From Octopus bimaculoides (taxonomy: Eukaryota), in the NCBI RefSeq assembly GCF_001194135.2, contig NC_069007.1, positions 12,973,437 to 13,037,149 of the forward strand: a stretch of 63,713 nt of DNA. Direction: 5' to 3'. The notes beneath the pieces were generated by a model. It saw only the letters and a program-made list of their open reading frames with translations, was not told the origin of the DNA and made no database searches. Shown in pieces: positions 61,768 through 63,713 of the stretch. Numbering within the stretch: position 1 is the first letter of the stretch; every line of letters begins with the position of its first letter. The position numbers were made by a program, and so were the translations under genes.

Positions 61768-63713
61768 NNNNNNNNNNNNNNNNNNNNNNNNNNNNNNNNN
61801 NNNNNNNNNNNNNNNNNNNNNNNNNNNNNNNNNNNNNNNNNNNNNNNNNNNNNNNNNNNNNNNNNNNNNNNNNNNNNNNNNNNNNNNNNNNNNNNNNNNN
61901 NNNNNNNNNNNNNNNNNNNNNNNNNNNNNNNNNNNNNNNNNNNNNNNNNNNNNNNNNNNNNNNNNNNNNNNNNNNNNNNNNNNNNNNNNNNNNNNNNNNN
62001 NNNNNNNNNNNNNNNNNNNNNNNNNNNNNNNNNNNNNNNNNNNNNNNNNNNNNNNNNNNNNNNNNNNNNNNNNNNNNNNNNNNNNNNNNNNNNNNNNNNN
62101 NNNNNNNNNNNNNNNNNNNNNNNNNNNNNNNNNNNNNNNNNNNNNNNNNNNNNNNNNNNNNNNNNNNNNNNNNNNNNNNNNNNNNNNNNNNNNNNNNNNN
62201 NNNNNNNNNNNNNNNNNNNNNNNNNNNNNNNNNNNNNNNNNNNNNNNNNNNNNNNNNNNNNNNNNACTCGAGCATTAGATTTATAAAAACAAACATAAAG
62301 TCAAGTATTTATTAAAGTAAGAATTAATACTGGAATTTATCATCATCGTTTCTGTGAATTTCATGTTGTTGCTTTTCGATACTCTCTCACCGAAATGTCT
62401 AATGTGAAACTCCAAATTTATATAGCTTAATAGATAAAGTATATTAGGTTTTTTCTTTGTTATGTTTCCTCTTTCTGTCAACCTGCAAGTGGAGAGAGTG
62501 TGTGTGAGAGAGAGAGAGAGAGAGAGAGCGGGCAGAGGTTGTACTAAGAGAAGTGAACACTAAGGAAAGTTTTCTAAAGATTGATAGACTAGGTAAATAA
62601 ATAGCTAAGCACTATATATATGTGGAGTGGAATGGGTAGAAAAAGAGACAGAGATAGGGGGAGATGAAGAGAGAGAAAGAGAAAACCAGCAATTAACGGT
62701 TTATGACAGGCACTCATAGGAGCAGACAGTGAAATATAAGGAAAGAATGAAGGAGGAGGAGAGAGCACAAGTAAAAAAGGTTGCGTGGAAGACAAATAGA
62801 ACTCCATTTCTTGAGATGAAAATTAGAAAGGTAAGATTAAGAGAAGAAGGATATGAAATTTATATACAAATAATTAGATAGATAGGTAGGTAGGTAGGTA
62901 GGTAGGTAGGTGAATAGATAGAGACAGAAAAAGACAGACAGATAGCTATACAAAAATACAAAGAGAATAATACATATAAATACATACGTATAGACAAATG
63001 GAGAGGTAGGTAGGTAGGTAGGTAGATAGATAGATAGATAGAGAGGGAGAGAGTTAAAAAGAGAGGGGGGAAAATAAACAAGGATTGCAAGTTGTAGGAG
63101 GAGGAAGGTTTGTCAATTACATCAACCCCAGGGTCAATAAAATAAAATATCAGTCAAGTATAACTAGTCTTGTATTTTATTAACCCTGACAATGTGGAAA
63201 GCAAAAATTGATCTTAGAAGAATTTGAAAAGAGAATGTAATGTGTTGGAACAAATAGTGAAGGCATTTTTCTGATACTTGAATGATTCTCTCAGTTCATT
63301 GCCCGAAGAGAAAAAATGTCGAAGCATGAGTGAGAGAGAATAATGAATGGATAACTGAAAGAAGACACAATGAAACAAATGAAGAAAATGGGTCAAAGTT
63401 TAAGGGAAAAGCATTAAGAATTACTGAAAGTGGACAGAAATAAACATTGTCATTTTCGACTGGTACTTCACCAGTATGTATGTGTCTTGTGTGTGTATGT
63501 GTGTTTGTGCACATATATGAATATACATACATACACATATTTATATATATATATGTATGAATGTTTTTCGGACGATTCAGGTTCCTGTTTGTGTATGTTT
63601 TTATTTATGTGCTTTAGCTACAGCATTAGAGTGGTTTAGCTCTTATTTCTAGCAATGTAGATGTTTCCTAACACCCTAGTCACATTTAGTGACATTTGTA
63701 ATTCTCCTTTTTG

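Overview
AT-rich, microsatellite-dense eukaryotic draft scaffold with many N-gaps. The SINE and LINE families look like those of an octopod cephalopod, probably Octopus; this is inferred from repeat families, not proven. One protein-coding gene can be reconstructed: a + strand cyclooxygenase (prostaglandin G/H synthase, PTGS/COX). Nine GT-AG coding exons lie at 28820-28871, 32101-32220, 36019-36162, 37136-37279, 37629-37804, 41345-41428, 43260-43506, 52756-53042 and 58993-59137. They splice into one uninterrupted frame of 466 codons + 1 nt, covering the signal peptide, EGF domain, membrane-binding helices and most of the peroxidase/cyclooxygenase domain, with R120, Q203, H207, Y355, Y385 and H388 intact. 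The last coding exon (513/523/530 residues) is not in the readable sequence. The rest is transposon-derived: several tRNA-derived SINE families, RTE, CR1/L2-like, R4/Dong-like and Penelope retroelement fragments, a DD36E Tc1-type transposase, mariner/pogo/hAT MITEs and simple repeats. The most notable non-coding signals are hammerhead-ribozyme motifs, two of them in sense orientation inside COX introns 5 and 7, two long fold-back palindromes just upstream of the COX start, and an inverted pair of patterned (ACY)n blocks in intron 9. Nearly all other ORFs in the supplied track are microsatellite or gap artefacts. No CRISPR, rRNA or genuine tRNA gene is supported.
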